64,000 nucleotides of DNA from Chrysomallon squamiferum (taxonomy: Eukaryota > Animalia > Mollusca): assembly GCA_012295275.1 (NCBI GenBank), contig CM022677.1, positions 6,324,001-6,388,000 on the forward strand. The letters run 5' to 3'. Positions 33,993-47,067 of this stretch are shown here, one piece after another. How positions within the stretch are numbered: position 1 is the stretch's first letter; the number at the start of each line of letters is the position of its first letter. The position numbers and the translations under genes were made by a program. The notes under the pieces are model-generated. The model was given only the letters and a program-made list of their open reading frames with translations, was not told the DNA's origin and ran no database searches.

Positions 33993-34420
33993 ATAGTGAA
34001 GAGAGTAAAAAATATCATTTTTATTATTAATTGATAATAATTTTAGTAATAGGAATATTATTTTAATAACTAATCCTAGTTGAATAAGAAATAATAGTAA
34101 ATAGTAGTTATAGTAATGATGGCTATACAAATAGTATAGTAATTGCAGTAAATGAAGTAGTAACAGTATTTTATATTTTATTTATTTATTTATTTATTTA
34201 CTCAGACTAGGCATCCACCAATGAGATGTGTCAGCAATGTACTAAACTGTGGATTTAAACTGTTTATTTTCAGAAGTTAAATCAGCTTGTTAAGGATAAA
34301 AATATTCAAGAAATTGTTGATCAGTTCAAAGTCGACATTTTGGACCAAAGAGCAGCTCGAGTCTCTATGCAAAATGTTTTCTGTTATACTGAATTAAACC
34401 ACATATTTGAAAATATAATA
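30586..34420 (+). pseudogene. Degraded multi-exon coding remnant of unknown family (probably a transposon accessory gene)
   Basis: Exon-like, less AT-rich segments, several with AG/GT ends (e.g. 32180-32645, 32797-32887, 33181-33316, 33662-, 34206-). They translate to plausible peptides (DFISYAAKQKTRQM..; IVKLLSRKGVYVMEKD; LNQLVKDKNIQEIVDQFKVDILDQRAARV) with many stops. Confidence 0.35.
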
Positions 34421-34624
34421 CATTTGTATTTTTGTAAAATGATGTACTGAAAATGAATAGAATCAATGTAATAATTTGCAGGACAGCCTAATAGAGTAGT
34501 GAACAGAACATTTGTATAAATTTGTAATTTGATGTTATTAATATCTCACCTACCATGTAAGTATTAAATGTATATATTTGAGATTAGGGCATGTAATTTT
34601 AATAAAAATAATTTATCAAATGTT

Positions 34625-35150
34625 TTTATACTGCTGTTACTATTGTACATCCACCTGTAAACCAACTACTAATGCTACTATTAGTGCTGCTATTGCTCTT
34701 GTACACCCACTTGCATTGCTTCAAGTACAGCAACTATCACTGGTACTGTTACTCTTGTAAATTCACTTGTAAAGCAACTACTACTGCTAATGTTGCTCTT
34801 GTACAGCAACTATAACTGCTGCTGTTGTTATTGTTCATCCTTTGAACAGCAACTACTACATCTACTGTTACTTTTGTACATCCACTTGTACAGCAACTTC
34901 TACTGCTGCTGTTGTTCTTGTACATCAACTTGTTAACCAACTACCATTTCTGTCATTGCTATTGTACATCCACTTTTACAGTTACTACTACTGCTGCTAT
35001 ACCTCTAGTATATCCAGTTGTGCAGCAAATACTACTCCTGCTATTATTCAACTTATACAACAACTACTACTACTAATGTTCCTCTTGTACATCGACTTGT
35101 ACAGCAACTAGTAATGCTATTAGTACTGCTGCTGCTGTTGCTCTTGTAAA
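34625..35150. repeat. Degenerate ~45-bp minisatellite built on TTGTACATCCACTTGTACAGCAACTACTACTGCTGCT
   Basis: Repeated TTGTACA(T/G)C cores interleaved with (CTA/CTG)n runs. Confidence 0.75.
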
Positions 35151-35929
35151 TTTATTTTTGATATAATTAACTATTTTTGATATGATTAAATATATTTTGA
35201 TACAATTGAATATTTTTGATATGATTACATAATATCTCATTTAATTATAATATAAATAAATCAGTTTATTATTATTTTATACTCTTTTAAAAAAAAAAAA
35301 AAAGAAGAAGTATTTAGTTTTTAACTCAACAGAATCAATAAGAATAAATCTGATTTCTCTGATAACTTTACGAGGCCTAATAAAAAATTAGAAGTAATTT
35401 TTATATCCGCTCTCATAACAGTTCTAATGAAAATAAGAGAATAGCGTCAAACATATATAGGAAGCTTCCGTTTTTACAGAAAAATAACAAAATTGTTATA
35501 TAAATTATTACTGGTGAAGCAGTTACATTAATAACTAGATAACAGAGAATTACAGAAAACTAAGATGTCAAGTTTGCAGGAAAAGGATACATATTAGAAT
35601 TATAATTATTTTTTCATTCTTGTTACCACTGTTGGTTTTTGTTCCATAATTGTGATCTGCCACTATGAAATGAGTCAGATGTCACCTTGCCTAATTGTGT
35701 GTAATGACCAAAATAAGCTCAGTGGGGAGTAGGTTGAGATTTTAATTTACACTGATAGTTTATCCATTTATGTACATTTTGAGTTAAAACACATTTTGTT
35801 CTATATGCTTAAAAAAAATGCACTTAAATGTGATAATTCTTTGTTTTTTGTTAATTAAAAAATGCATGATTGAAACAGAATTCATTTCAACACTTTAAAG
35901 TGACATTAATCAATCATGTGATGTGATTG

Positions 35930-37326
35930 CTGATAAAGAAAATGTAAAAGTTGTACAATTTGACTGTAATTGTAAAAATAAAACTGCCGGAAAAGGACAA
36001 AGTGTAAAACGTGGATGTATTTCTCAGTTTTCCTGAGATGAAGTGCTGGAACAGAGAATGAATATGGCAGAATTCAATGAAGATAAGAATGCATAGTTTG
36101 AAATATTTATAGATAAAGGGACTATCCTCAGTTGGTAGTCATTTTAATGTTTTCAAAAATTATTGAAATAACAGTTCATTTGGCTTCTTTGTTGTTGTTT
36201 TTTAACTTGTAAGTAACCGACCATAGATATTTAACATTAAATACATTTTTGGTTATTAATTTTAGCCATAAAATAATTTTGTATATTTCTTGAACCTCCA
36301 AAATGTATGAACTTTGAAACAATTTAGCAGTATAAATTATAGTGCTTTACATATTAAAGTAAAATATTCTTTAAAAAGAAGAGGATGTTCATTGGATGGA
36401 TTCAACTTAACCATTAGATTATATCACAATACTTTGCTTGCATAATTCTGTGTTACTGTGAACATATAATATATTAAATTATTATTGAATAATATAAAAA
36501 TGTTTTTTAAACAACAGGTAATATTACTAATAACTGACTAAATTTTAATTTAATTTTAAAAATATTTTATTTTGTGTTTTGCAGCTGGAAAAGACATGAT
36601 TCTACTTGGAGTACTGTCAAGTACTATGAATAATGGGGAGATGACATGTTTAAAACCCTGCTGACAAACAGAACGTAAACTCCAGAGATGTTGCTACATG
36701 ATAGATTCTAAAACTGTAGAGAAACCTTCCAATTCATTGATGGGTAAGTGTGCGTTTCAATCCATTGACCATGAGTAGTTCATACTAAACTGCTAAATAT
36801 TACTGCTTAGAATACATGATTATTTAAGAACTGAATGGTGTTATTTTACTCTTTTCTTTCAGTCATCCAGTTCAGTATATATATTGTTTGTTTTTTTCAT
36901 TGAGGAGGAGGGGTTCTAAATTTATTTCCCCACATTGTATTTTTAGACTAGATATACCAATGATATTTGATTACTATACCAATGGTTATATAAAGTATTG
37001 CTACAAAGAACAATCACAAAAATTATTTTTTGATCTCTTTATTACAGCATTAGTCAGAATAAACTAACAGCATTGCTGAAGCACTATGTCAGCATGGAGT
37101 AATGCCAAGGCAGAAAAAATGCGGTGGGAGAAACTTTAATTCCAGTGTACTTACTTCTGATGATACAGAGAGGGTTGTCCAGTTTCTGCAGCATTTTGCA
37201 GAGGACCATGCACTCATCTTACCTGGCTGAGTACCAGGATTCAAGAGAAGTGATGTCAACATACTCCACACATCTGAGACGAAGGCTTCACTTTGAGTCA
37301 TTACAGACAACTTGCTATTGCACGAG
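35930..37326 (+). mobile_element. Intron-containing Sola-like transposase remnant (N-terminal half)
   Basis: Exons ~35930-36081 (FDCNCK..GCISQFS*DEVLEQRMNMAE), 36585-36743 (DMILLG..RETFQFIDG) and 37048-37326 (ISQNKLTALLKHY/HGVMPR..VVQFLQHFAEDHALILPG*VPGFKRSDVNIL). The LPGR-x-PG-[FY]-KR motif is recognised from invertebrate transposase-derived proteins; the Sola assignment is inferred. Confidence 0.6.
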
Positions 37327-37551
37327 GTAAGTTGATTGTGACTTCACACACAAGATTCTTCACCAGCTCGTGTACAACCAAATAAATTATAACTATTGAC
37401 AAAGCTTCTTTTTTTTTTCCTTTCTAACTGTTCCTTAATATTTGTTCCTCTCCTTGATCCTTATGCAAAATATGATCATACTGCCACTGTGTCATGTTTT
37501 AATGAATTTGTTTTATTTTTAATAACCAATTATAAAACCAGTCATACAGTT

Positions 37552-39509
37552 CTACTGACAAAGCCTATTTGACAATATTTCCAAATGCGCGCCAATTACT
37601 GCTACGACCTCCATATCAGCTGTGGCACCCCGAAGCTCATATAGCAGGGGAAACATTTCAACATTTCCCCTTGAAATGTATTTTTTCCAAACTTTGAGTT
37701 TGTTCTGGAATGCAATAATTTTGTCTGTTGAACTAAGGATGTTTTCATTTGGGCCCAATATTGCTGGTGTTCAGCAAGTTCAAAAGCCAAAAAATATCTG
37801 CTAAGTAGGCTAATTTCTGTACCCACTTTGCATCTTCAAGGCAATCAGTGAAATGTACTTTTTTATTATTTTTGAAGAAGGTCAGGAGTTCCTCTCGCAT
37901 TTCGTATACCCTTGTTAGAATCTTTCCTCTTGTTAACCATCTTACCTCAGAATGTAGAAGGAGAGTCACGTGGTCCTTGTGTATATTTTCACAGAGCTTT
38001 GCAAAAATGCGGGTCTTAGGAGGGTGCTGCTTTGCAAAATTAATCATGTTAACAGTTACATCTAGAACTTCTTTTAAATCCTCCCCAATAGTTTGCGAAC
38101 ATAGAACTTCCCGGTGGATGAAACAGTCGTTATCACAGCAGTGTTTTTTTCTTTGATGAGTGTCACAAATCCTTTTATCAATCCAATCATTGCGGGAGCA
38201 CCATCAGTGCAGATACCAACACACCGCATCCATGACAAACCACAGGTTTCCAAGTAAGAGGACACCAGATTGAATATGTCTTCACCTTTAGTTGTTTCTG
38301 GCAGTTTTACCACAATTTTACCTTCGTTTTCAAATCGAACGAACGCTAATAGGTGGGCCTTACCAGTTATGTCTGTTGACTCATCTACTTGGAGAGCGAA
38401 GTTTGTACATTTTAGTATTTCAGACAAACCATTTTCAATGTTGTGGGACAAGTCAGTGAAACACCTACATAATAGTATTCTCAGATAGAGGAACTTTTGA
38501 AAATTCGTCTGCAGCTTCTTGACCCAGATTGATTTTTGCCATTATTTTACAGGCAGGCAATATCAAGCTTTCAGCAATAGTATGGCTTTTCATTTGTTTG
38601 GCAACTAACTCAGCTGTCATATAGCTTGCTTTTTGGGCTTTGTTACTAACAGTAACCTTCTTTTCAAACATCGTACGGGCTTTACCTTTGGATTTAAGAA
38701 GTCTTTGAAAGTAATCAATATCTTTATTTAACAACTGACTGATTAGCTGTGAAATGGCCCTGTAACTTGGCTGGAAACATAGCTGCGTTAACAAGTGTTT
38801 TCCCACAAACAATGCACAATGGAAGTTGACAGTTTTGTTCTCCAGTCCACGTGAACCCAAAGGCCAAATATGTCTCATTGTAACGGCAATTTTGTTTAGT
38901 CTCACCCACGTTAGCTACCTTACTTGTACTTTTCTCTGCTAAGTGTTGCTCATCTCCACTATCCTCTTCTTCTCTTGCACATCTTCTTTTCAAATACTTC
39001 ATCATCTTTCACGCGTTAAATTGTGTTCATATATTGGCAGGTAGGAGAGAAGACAAAACACAATACGCACCCACACTGCTCTGTTCACAACTAACTCGTG
39101 TGCTTCTAACAACCACGTGCATCTCAATGCAAGGGGTTGGCAGTACATCATCAGTGACGTCACAGATATATTTGCTTCTGTGAATACTAATGATTTACCT
39201 GAAAAGTAAAATAAACTTATTTTTTTTATATTAGAAACTATTTACACTTTAACTAATTAAATAGTTATTTATTTATACAAATTACTATTTATATTAGGCA
39301 TGATATCCATATTATCCATGTGCATTGTACATAGTAATCATCATAATGTTATTGTAGATGTATTTGTTTGTTCTGTCTATTTCATTCTGTCCATCTAACT
39401 GCCCCCAGTTGCTCCTTTTTTATTTATTAGTTATGTCATCTCTTGCAGAGCCCTTGACGATGCACCATGGAGCACAAGGGCTCCAAGGAGCCCCGGTTGG
39501 GAAACACTG
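37552..39509 (-). mobile_element. hAT (Charlie/Buster, ZBED5/SCAND3-like) transposon; frameshifted and 3'-truncated
   Basis: YLAFGF..PLCIVCGKTL..PAKLQGH (BED-like), FALQVDESTDI, CTDGAPAM, HSEVRWLTRG, LAYLADIF. 5' TIR CAGTGTTTCCCAACCGGG begins at 39509 on the minus strand. Confidence 0.92.
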
Positions 39510-40145
39510 TGTAACTGAAGAAAGGTCATGCCAGCTCTCTGCCGGACTAATTGTTTTAGTTCTTTCTTCAGACTTGAGTCTCTCACATTTTCAACAAATT
39601 GGTGCAACAAGGTATTATTAATAAAGGTATTATTCTTGTTGGGCACCATAGCTGTGTTTTTCTTGTACACTCTAACTAATAATTCAGACAGACAGTAAGA
39701 GAATTATCTTTGCTTTGCCTTCCTTCTGTGATTGATCAAAAAATAACTTCTGAAGTTCATGCCACTGATTATCTATCTTCAAACGTCTTATTGCAGAATG
39801 TCCCAAACACTTGTGGATTCTCTTGGTCTTGTTGTGACCTCAACCTAATTTCTTCTTTTGCTTCATCTTCTAATATAAAACTAGCCTGCTCCTTTTCTGC
39901 AAGGCTCTGATGTAGAAATATCCTTTCTACCTGATCCTGAAAATCTCTAAATTTGAGGCCATTGTCTGACCCATTAAATTTGCTTACCTTTATCTCGTTT
40001 CCGATATAAAATAAACAGGTTTAGTTCTTTTTTGTTGTATAGGACTCAGCATTTCCTCATTAAGTAATTGAGTCACAGCTATTTCTTCCTGTAAAGCATC
40101 CTGTAACTCTGCCACCTGATCTTTTAGCTTTTTAGTTTTCACCAT
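39510..40145 (-). mobile_element. Gypsy/Ty3 gag (PNMA-like) remnant, interrupted by the hAT element
   Basis: KFNGSD..EDEAKEEIRLR..TLLHQFVENVRDSSLKKELKQLVRQRAGMTFLQL, ending at the hAT TIR. Confidence 0.7.
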
Positions 40146-41519
40146 TTTGCAAAGCTTTATAAATTAAAGTCAGCTGGGAATTCAATGATATGTTACAAAA
40201 AGCAAGTTATGCCATGCTTGTGCCAGCAGCCAGTATTATATATATCTGTCAATTTAAATTTTTATTTAAATTAGTATTTTAATATATAGTGTTTTTTAAA
40301 TGCAAATTTACTTTACTTGCAATTCATTATTACACACTAAGTGAAATTACAAAATCATTTACTTTGTTTTAGTATTTCAAGTTTTAACTATCAGATCGTA
40401 ACTCTTCTCTCCAACAATTTTATTTTAAATTTACTCCAGATGCACTTAACTGCTGCCACTCAGGGCTGTTTACCTCACATGTTATCTAAGGCTACTGACC
40501 ATTGCTGGCTGTTACTGCGTCCACACATGTAAACAACTGGTCATGTGAAATTCAACTTTACAGTTACAGACCACGCCTCTTTATGCAATTATAGTTTGTA
40601 GGCAGATTCCTCAGATCATAACTTTTACAATTGACCCATTAATCCCCAATTACTCATATCAGTTATAGTGTTAAAACAGTTTGATTGAGGGAATGCCAGT
40701 GTAGTTCAGTTAAGTAATATAAAACTCACTTGTCATTCATTCACATTCAAACATTTCATAATAACCTACCTTTCATTGGTTGTGGCCAATAATGACAATT
40801 TTCATTTAACCATAAAGTGAAGCAAAACAACAAAATAGCAACACAGTCATAGAGTCAGTCTGTTAATTATCCACCAGCCAGTTTATGTTGTAATGCATCT
40901 CTCTCCCTCTCTGTCTCCACAGGTGTTGTTAATGTTCTTTGATCTTCCATTCCTTTGCAACTTCAAATATTCAGTTCGTCTTCATCTGCATTTTTCTGGA
41001 AAGTTCAGCTGCCTCACACTTTAATTGTTTCTTTGTTGTTCTCATTTCAGATTTATCAACTGCCTGTTTTAAATTTAACAATTGTCTGTAAACTTAAACA
41101 ACTTACAATCCTGTAGGTGATGCCATTTGTGGCCAGGTGCATACAACACCCTCACACAAAAACTACACAAGTTCCACTTCAATTACATCTTTATTTTCTC
41201 TACCTATTTATACTTCATGACATACAGTAACAATATAATCTTATAAAAGTATAGTAATCATAATGCAGAGAATTGTCTCGAACATCTTTCTCCCTTGCCT
41301 GATATTCTCTCTTCTCTCTTGAACTCTCTTTCACCTCAGACACACAGATAACATTTCACACCCCTGACCAATACTGGCAGACCATTACTGTCCTGGATTC
41401 CTTAAGAAAACCAGTAGCTGTAGTTCCTGCTTCCTCACATTTTAAATTTGAAATTCAAGTTTTTGAATTTTTTTTTTTTTATTGTTTTCCTATCGGGAAG
41501 GAAGGACTGTTGTCACTAT

Positions 41520-42330
41520 TATCAGACTTAGTGGATTGTTGTCTGTATAGATAGTAAATTTGTGTCCGAGGAGATAATCTTAGATAATAGACATTTGGAC
41601 TATTGGACAGTCAGAAACAGTTCTGTCAAATTCTTGATTGTAAACAGAATCGGATAAGTCAGAACATTTTTCCTGTACTGTCCGACTCACAACAGTAGAG
41701 AGTCGAATTTTCATGTCTGCTCTTGCTGATCACCAACCAAACCTCGTCATCTTGTTGTACTCCTAGGTAGAGTGTACAGGGTATTGACTTCCTTGTCTTC
41801 TACTTATCCACCTACATCTGGGAAAATCTCTCTGCCTGCTTCTAGTGGAATCCCTAGCGAAATGGCCAGGGCTGTTGTAATAAAAAAACAGGAGGGTTGA
41901 ACGCTGGTGGAGAAGTAGTTTGCTGAATATGTTGCAGTGTAGTTGCAAACATATCAGATAGATTTTCTATCTGCTTATGCTGCTTTGGTATGTTCATGGT
42001 TAAGAAGTGACATCTGCAACCAATATTCTGGATGTTACTTTGTGTTTTGCAGTGCTGGAACACCCCATTTCTTCCAACAGTTTAAAGGCTTCTTCCCATA
42101 ACTGAAGAAAGGTCATGCCTTCTCTCTGCCGGACTAATTGTTTTAGTTCTTTCTTCAGATTCTCACATTTTCAGAAAATTGTCGGGCACCATAGCTGTGT
42201 TTTTCCTGTACACTCTGTCTAATAATTCAGACAGACAGTAAGAGAATTCTCTTTGCTTTGCCTTCCTTCTGTGATTGATCAAAAAATAACTTCTGAAGTT
42301 CATGCCACTGATTATCTATCTTCAAACGTC
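41520..42330 (-). mobile_element. Second Gypsy remnant: duplicated gag segment, zinc knuckle and RNase H fragment
   Basis: 42099-42330 is nearly identical to 39512-39788. FYYNSPGHFARDS is a degenerate CCHC knuckle (~41850-41890). DYLLGHKFTIYTDNNPLS at 41528-41580 is an RNase H fragment. Confidence 0.75.
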
Positions 42331-42358
42331 TTTAGGTAAATATACAATATAAACATAT

Positions 42359-42421
<63 letters not shown>

Positions 42422-42460
42422 CTATAAAACAGATAAGTGTGTGTTTAATATCAGATCAGT

Positions 42461-42576
42461 CTGATAAAAGAAACTCAGTTTCTTCATGACCAGACATCTT
42501 AGCTCTGATTGCCTCAGTCTTCTTCTTCACCTTTGCTCTCTTGTGCCAGTGATATCGAAATTCAGCCACAATACAC
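42461..42576 (-). CDS. Possible terminal exon of an unknown gene
   Basis: Acceptor TTTCTGATCAG, then CIVAEFRYHWHKRAKVKKKTEAIRAKMSGHEETEFLLSD*. No upstream exons identified. Confidence 0.3.
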
Positions 42577-42864
42577 CTGATCAGAAACAAACCCCTATAA
42601 CTGAGATTATTACAGTTTTCTTCTTTTCATCACTGTGAAAATAAAAATAAAAACATTCAGAAAATCTGAAACTATGTAAAATAAAAATAATAAAAATAAC
42701 AATAATAATAATAATAACAATAATAATAATAACAATAACAATAACAATAACAATAACTATAATAATAAAAATAAAATAAAAATAATTCCTCATGTAAACG
42801 CTGGTAACGTATCTTCCAATACTGCAATACAAAATACAGTCATTACTATTAGTGTTCTTGTTCA

Positions 42865-42904
<40 letters not shown>

Positions 42905-43311
42905 TATTGATATTATATTTATTATTATTATTATTATTATTTATTGTTATTATTATCATTATTATTATTATTATTAAATTAACTAATGACATTATGTGCT
43001 TTAATCTGAGATAAAACTGATAAAATAATGTAACTAACAAAATTATTATAATTCCAATATTACAATACTGGTAATGTATGATTTACCGAAGGGAGATTAC
43101 TCAAAATGTATTTTCCTTGCACATAGCAGTTAACAGGAATTTGTAGTTAACAGTATTTAGCACTTGGGAATTATGGGAAGTATATTGCTTCTAGTCAAAT
43201 TTATCTGATTTTGTGACATTTGGTATTGAAGATAAAACATTTTTGCATTTTTAAGTGTTTTGTTATTTTGTAAAAAGAGAATGTATGAAGATGAAGGTAT
43301 TCTTGAATACT

Positions 43312-43565
43312 GCAGAGAGACAGCCACACATGAACATACCAGAGAGAATGACAGAGACAGAGAGAAAGACAGAGACAGTGAGACAGCCACAAACATACCA
43401 GAGAGAAAGACAGAGACAGACAGCCACACATAAACATACAGAGAGAGACAGTGACAGTGAGCCAAAGAGACAGCCACACATATACAGAGAGATACAGAGA
43501 CAGTGAAACAGCCACACACAAACATACCAGAGACAGAGACAGTGAGACAGAGAGACAGTAAGAGA
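43312..43565. repeat. Degenerate minisatellite (GACAGCCACACA..AACATACCAGAGAGA core plus GAGACA runs)
   Basis: CAGCCACA core at ~43321, 43384, 43421, 43471 and 43509. Confidence 0.7.
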
Positions 43566-43617
43566 CTAAAATGGTTTCAGAATTTTGTTTTCCTGAACAG
43601 GTATAGTTTATAAGCAG

Positions 43618-43649
<32 letters not shown>

Positions 43650-43886
43650 CTGTGTGAGTGTGTGTTTGTGTGTGTGTGCAGCTGTGCTTGTTTATGTACG
43701 TCAGTACATGTTTATCCTTGGCCAACTCATTTACTATCAACAAAATGTCTGTTATACATACAAACACTTGTATAAACAAGTTTACATCTTTTATCTTATC
43801 ATTGTAACATGCTCTTTCAGAATAATACTAGAAATAATAATAATAATAATAGTACTAGTGGTAGTAGTAGTAATAGTACTAGTAGT

Positions 43887-43919
<33 letters not shown>

Positions 43920-44759
43920 TAAAATTTAAAAAAAGGAAAAAACCTAAGTAACAAATGAATATAACCTTAAGGAATATAAGTTACTTAGTTAGGTTTGTTA
44001 AAGTGAATATTTTCTAATGAAAGATTATTATTATTAAACTGTTCATATCAGAAAATGAACTTTAAATAACAATTTTTATTTACTTCATTTTATTATCTAT
44101 TTCGTTTTTATTTAATTATTATTTTATTTATTGTTTATTTGTCTGTATGTTTCTTTTTCTCTCTTTTAATTTTTTTTTTTTCAGTATCAGTTAATATGAT
44201 AAATATTGTTTTATCTGTCGCTAACAAAACTTTAATGGAGAAATAAAAAAAGATGAAAAAAGGCCTCACTGTTATTGAGCAATGAGAAAAAAAAGTATCA
44301 AATTTAAATTCAAAACACACCAATCATTTCAAATTGTTTTGATTAACTGCAATTTGTCATTCACTTATTTTCTTTACAAATCTGCAACAGACATTTAAGT
44401 GTCTAGTCAAACCAATTATCTGATAAACCAAACAAAGCCTTAAGACAATCATTGTTAAAATAAATAACAATAAGAACCATCTCTAATTACATTATCTGAG
44501 GTAGACATTCTGCTAACTGACCATCAAAACCAAAAATTATTCTGACACCTAAAATGGGCCTCATTGTGATTATAAAAACAAAACAAAAAAACCCCATGGG
44601 AAACTGCAAAATGCAGTAATCCAACATACTTACAACTACTAACTCACCACTGTTACTAGCAAGGACAACATTACTCCTTTATAAATAAAAAAATAATAAA
44701 TAAATAAAACAAGAACAGAACTAAAAGGAGTAAAAAATAATAAAAACAAAACAACAACA

Positions 44760-44827
<68 letters not shown>

Positions 44828-45656
44828 TTATGAAAAATGTATTAACATTAAACTTATTTTAAAATTAATTCAGGCTTAGTCGTTGTTTTCTGCTCAGTAC
44901 TTAATTGTTTTTATTTTTATTACTAATACTTTAGTAAACTTTAAATGAAATGAAGTAAACTGAAACTACTTTTATAAATTACTTTGTTGTTTTTTTAACT
45001 ATTTAGTGTAAACATTAAATATGAAATAAAAGCAATTTTTAAAACCATTTTGTTATTTCTTTTTACTATTTTCTGTAAACAATTTATTATTAAATGAAAT
45101 AAAATAATGTAAAGTTAATGCATGTTTTTATATTTTCTGTAAACAATTAATTGTTATATGAAATAAAATGATTTTTGAAATTATTGGGTTTTTTTACTAT
45201 TTCTCTATTAAATGAAATAAATATGGTTTTTGAAATTAGTGTGTTAACAACTATTAAATGAAGTAATTTTAAAAACTAAAATTGACCAGTTTCTGTAACC
45301 ATTAATTGAAATAAAACTGATTTTAAAACCACAATGTGCTTGTTTTCTTTACGGATAATTTATTTCTAACATTACAAACATTTATATGTATATATGATGG
45401 AGGAGGGTATACAGATCTGTTGAATATTTTTGAGGGGATGGTTAATTCTCTAGGGACAGGGAAGTGATGGGTAAGATCAAAGTAAAACAGTAGATAAGTG
45501 CTGGTGTATGAGGACATTTTTTTAAAATAAAAATTGGATTTGGGCAGCATGGTTATTTTCAGTGACTTGTTTATGTAGATATGTTTCTTGGTGACTGTCT
45601 ATCTGTGTGTGTGTTATTGAGAGAGAGAGAGAGGAATTTTGAAAGGAATGGAGACA

Positions 45657-46042
45657 GAAACAGAAGAATGGCTAATCATGTTAAAGAGTGGGGTGAAGGA
45701 AGGATAGGAACAAACAGAAGAATTGCTAATCATGTTAAAGAGTGTGGTGAAGGAAGGATAGGAATAAACAGAAGAATGGCTAATCATGTTAAAGAGTGTG
45801 GTGAAGGAAGGATAGGAATAAACAGAAGAATGGCTAATCATGTTAAAGAGTGTGGTGAAGGAAGGATAGGAACAAACAGAAGAATAGCTAATCATGTTAA
45901 AGAGTGGTGAAGGAAGGATAGGAATAAACAGAAGAATGGCTAATCCTGTTAAAGAGTGTGGTGAAGGAAGAATAGGAATAAACAGAAGAATGGCTAATCC
46001 TGTTAAAGAGTGTGGTGAAGGAAGGATAGGAATAAACAGAAG
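45657..46042. repeat. 54-bp purine-rich minisatellite, ~7 units
   Basis: AACAGAAGAATGGCTAATCATGTTAAAGAGTGTGGTGAAGGAAGGATAGGAATA repeated with period 54. Confidence 0.93.
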
Positions 46043-46403
46043 GAATTAAGAAACAAAAGAAAGGACGCGTGACGTACACTTAAACATAACACTATAATTA
46101 ACTATACAACACTAACAAAGTTTACATTCATACAACTTTTCAAATTAAATTTTATATTTCTCAAAGAAACTACTATTTTTTCTTAAATTTCGGAGAGTTT
46201 TTTAAAAAATGTGTTTTTTAATATAGTTGTTGTTGAGACAGAAGCTATTCTGAAATATTAATTATAAGATTGTAAAGTTTACATTTTGTACAAGAATATG
46301 TCTAAGAAAATAAGCAGATGAAGACAGTGATTCAGTATCTTTTCAAACCGTTCTCCCTTTTCTCTAATTCACTACATTTGTCCCTCTAGTCACCGCTCTA
46401 AAC

Positions 46404-46596
46404 CAGGGCTGCGCAAACTTTCAGATCTTACAGGCCGCTCCGCTTTAACTTCACTGGCCGCACAAATTTCATTTGTGATTACGTAAAATCTGAAGCGTAA
46501 GATATATGACTTTGCCTAATTTTCTAGCAATGAATCTCTGTAACGTAAATGTGACGAGGCGACATCCTTCCCACGGCCTCAGTTTGCGCACCCCTG
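46404..46596. mobile_element. 193-bp hAT/Charlie-type MITE with TIRs and 8-bp TSD
   Basis: TIRs CAGGGCTGCGCAAACT ... AGTTTGCGCACCCCTG, flanked by CTCTAAAC (46396-46403) and CTTTAAAC (46597-46604). Confidence 0.9.
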
Positions 46597-46944
46597 CTTT
46601 AAACCCTAAAATGAAAAATTAAAAGAAAACTAAGGGCCCGTTCAACTATTACAAACGCTATATTTGCCAGGTGAAAAACGCCGCTTTGAGCCTCCTGTCA
46701 TTTTGTAAACAATACTCAACTTACCTTATTCGTCCGCTAAATTCTGCTGTCAACTACTACAACCAACAGTACCACTGTTACTACCAGTTCTATTGCTAGT
46801 ATTACTACAACTACAACAACTACTACTACAGCAGTTTTTGTCTACTGTTTTCAATCAGCTTTACATCTGAATGATGCAAAAGTTAACAACCAAACACTTA
46901 CTGTTGATGGTTAATTTAGATTTGTATATTATTATATCATATTA

Positions 46945-47067
<123 letters not shown>

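Noticed and set aside
45581-46079. Repeat protein (RRMANHVKECGEGRIGIN)n
   Set aside because: The 54-bp minisatellite has a frame-breaking 2-nt deletion near 45905 and no splice or promoter support.
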